64,000 bases of DNA, from positions 11,594,001-11,658,000 of the forward strand of contig NC_135259.1 of NCBI RefSeq assembly GCF_964204865.1. The letters run 5' to 3'. Below the pieces are notes generated by a model. The model was not told where the DNA came from. It made no database searches and saw nothing but the letters and a program-made list of their open reading frames with translations. Positions 60,916 to 64,000 of the stretch are shown in pieces; the first letter of the stretch is position 1; each line of letters starts with the position of its first letter. The position numbers and the translations under genes are program-made. This DNA is from Styela clava (Eukaryota).

Positions 60916-63900
60916 GCTTGAGTGAAATAGTGTGCAACAGATTTTGTTTCACTTTTTTGCATTCTAGATAGCGTTCTCAGCCTCTATAGCAGCCTGTTTC
61001 GCAACTACAAAAATTGAAAGCAAATAAGCGATACATTAAGCATAAGACAATACAAAATTTATTTTAGGAAATCTAAGTGCAAGGGCGTGAAAATACTATC
61101 CACTGCTATTTTGAATATTTTTATTTTTCTAATTTTTAAAGAAAAAACTTGAATATACATATAAATATTTTTGGTAAAACTATATATAAAAAAACGCATT
61201 GAGCGAACGAACGGTGAGGACGAAGTGATATTACAAACAATTACCTACGTTTCTTGAGTTATATGTATTTATAAAAAGTGCATTGATTATAACATTTATA
61301 AAATGATTCCAAATTACCCGAGGAAGTCTTTGAAATATACTGTCTCAAAATAAATAAACTTAAAAGTTTTTAATACTACACTACAAAACTACAGAATACT
61401 ACAATACTACAGAATTCAATATTACACTATTCCTACTCGATCACCGGTTGAAGATATTTTTATCAGTTTCAATGAAGACATATTACCGCATTGCCGCGTC
61501 CTACTGAAATAGAATTATCGGAAGAGCCTTCAATTTTATATACATAGGTAGCTTCTGCTTACATTCATTTTAAACATAGGTACGAAAAAAAATATAAAAA
61601 ATAAAATGATAAAGTAGTAGTAATATGAAAAATTAGACCATTATAAAAAAGTAAAACCCAGCATGTTTATATCTGCCGTGAATCCACCATCTGTTGCAGT
61701 AATGTTGCTTAAAGCTCTTCAGGAAACACTTGTTAAAAACACATCACTTGTGTGTATGGAAACGTACCATATCCCAGACAACTAAATATAAAACTATAGT
61801 CGTAGACAAGTTGATTTCTTCAGCTAACTAATATCACAACACAGCACTATTGAAAATAACACCGTATCGTATATAACTAAGTTGCGTCCCAGTTTGACAT
61901 AGCCAAGCAACACAACGACGATAACACCGATGGTGCCGTTACATATGAGAAAAAGCCTTCAAAAACAATGAGATTCCGAGTACCTGCGGGTGCCCACGTA
62001 AATAGGTCCCGCGAGCCGGAAAGTGGTCCACGGGACGTATGATGCACTTCCCTGTCTCCGAGAATCACCCAAACTACTAGATGACTAAATTGCTCCACAC
62101 TTCAACTAGTTTGCGTAAAACAAAGTTGTTCCTGACGAGTGGAAGAAATGAGAAGATGATGTCTCAAATCTATTGGGAGGATATATACATTAATGGAACA
62201 TACGTTTCATACATGGAACTTCACTGGGATTGAAAATCTTTGCAAAATTGTATATTACTGATTCTAATGTGAAGTCGTTAGTGCTCGCATATTACGCTAT
62301 CCATTTTCAGAATAGTAATGCACGTTTTAATTTGTGTGTAAACTAATTTCTTTTCTCACCTAAGACTTTACATTTGAATTTTAGGGGCAAATAATCTCGT
62401 TGTAATTGATTATCTAAGTTTATGTCTAGGCTTGTCCATTGGACATAGTTTTCTTTTCGATCCCCTCTCACAGTCATTTATGCATGTGCCATCCTATTCC
62501 ATGAGATTTCCATTGGATTATAGTTCAATAAAAATATTGAATTTATGAAAATTTAAGTTCTAGTGTCTGCTGAATAGAACAACTACATTTACAAAGTACA
62601 AAGAGACACGCGAAACGACAAGTATGTTGACTTTGTTAACTTTGAAATACAGAGGTATTTTCTAACTATGAAAATTCAGTATCCCGGCGCCCACCGCTGA
62701 AACCTATCGAAAAAGTTTCCAGCGATAGGGAACGCTTTCTTTTCTCGGAAAACAAGCCAAACACAAAATTTCTGAGTTATGTGGACACTATCCCAGACCT
62801 ATACATGCCAAGTTTTGAACGTACTATCGCGCCACCACGTTACCTCCCCACCATGTAGAAATCGTGTCGGTAAGGACATAATATTACTTTTGTGGACGCA
62901 CAAAAATTGTTTCACTTATCCCGCGTGTCCCAATTGCCACACGTCTCCCATGAGAAATGCAAGGTAGAGGTAAAAGATTGGTTGGGGCGGTTGAGGTGTG
63001 TAACACCCGGTAGTTCTAAGTCGAGTGCCACCTCGAAAGCGACAAACCCAAATAGTGGCCAGTGCATCACGCGACCAATTACCGGCCGATCCGACCCGGA
63101 CGTAGGTGTCGTTATAGGTCCAAATAATTTATACCTATTATGGATCTTGGCACCGTTATACGTCGATGCAGGATCAATTTTCGCCACCTCGCTACATCAT
63201 TGACTATTGCCACACATGATCGCACACTCGCACAGAGCCCAAGTAACTAATATAATGGCGACATATTGACAGTAAAACAGTCAGGGCAAAAGTAGAGACG
63301 GGTTGCCTTATTTGGGACATAGTTTATTAGAAACGTGTATTCAAAAATTGAGAATTCACGCGACATAATAAATCTACAGAATAAGTTCATTGTTCTGTCT
63401 GAACCACAATGGAGACTATTTCCAAGTGAGCAACAGATTCGATTTCGTACACACATGAATTCCATTTAGATGATGTCTATTTCACAAAGTATCGCTATTG
63501 TTATTTTAAGTTAATGTTATTGTGTTAAAACTAAACCTTCGCCTAGGCTCGCTGTCATATATAGTCTTGCGTGAGTCAACTGTATTGTTATTCGATTGTT
63601 TGCTTGTGAATCACACCTCATATAGTATGTTTGTGGTCAAATTTCAATACTACATCTATTCTTCCTACTGATTGAATATAATAATATATACCTCACGCGA
63701 AGAGATAGGCTACAAAGCTGTGCAGAATTTTCCCGCGAACGACGAACACATTCGGGTCTCAATAGTATTCAAAATATCCCATGAAAATACACATAAAGTC
63801 GGAACCCAATTATCTAATTTACATACACGTTTCTGGACTTTTTGCAATTGAGGAACAGTTGTTTTCAAACATTTCAACATAAAGACGTTTATACAGAAGT

Positions 63901-64000
63901 ATACGTATCATTTGTGAACATCGAGAGCTAGAAATGGTTGCTTTATTTCGAACGTAATGATTGCGGGTTATTACAAAATATTTTAAAAACTCAACTGAGA

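Overview
AT-rich, intron-containing genomic DNA from an invertebrate animal. Compact GT-AG introns, operon-like gene spacing and the MITE repertoire suggest an ascidian or similar, which is an inference. Nine protein-coding genes can be reconstructed: the 3' part of QTGAL/B3GNTL1 (+), a three-exon RPP14 homologue not evident from the ORF track (+), cathepsin A (-), an intronless AVL9 (-), three gamma-glutamyltranspeptidase paralogues (two -, one +), a three-exon orphan single-pass membrane protein with a CxCxxC motif (-), and a BTB-only protein with a long N/Q/P-rich tail (+). Introns and intergenic DNA hold tRNA-derived SINEs, several hAT elements with intact 8-bp TSDs (some nested), foldback MITEs and a decayed piggyBac. 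The main leads are (i) a candidate tRNA-maturation operon QTGAL-RPP14, facing a candidate AVL9-CTSA operon; (ii) a GGT cluster with a remodelled gamma-glutamyl pocket, where only one paralogue has a detectable leader exon; and (iii) the orphan membrane gene set head-to-head with the BTB gene. All protein identifications are from recalled motifs; no database search was run.
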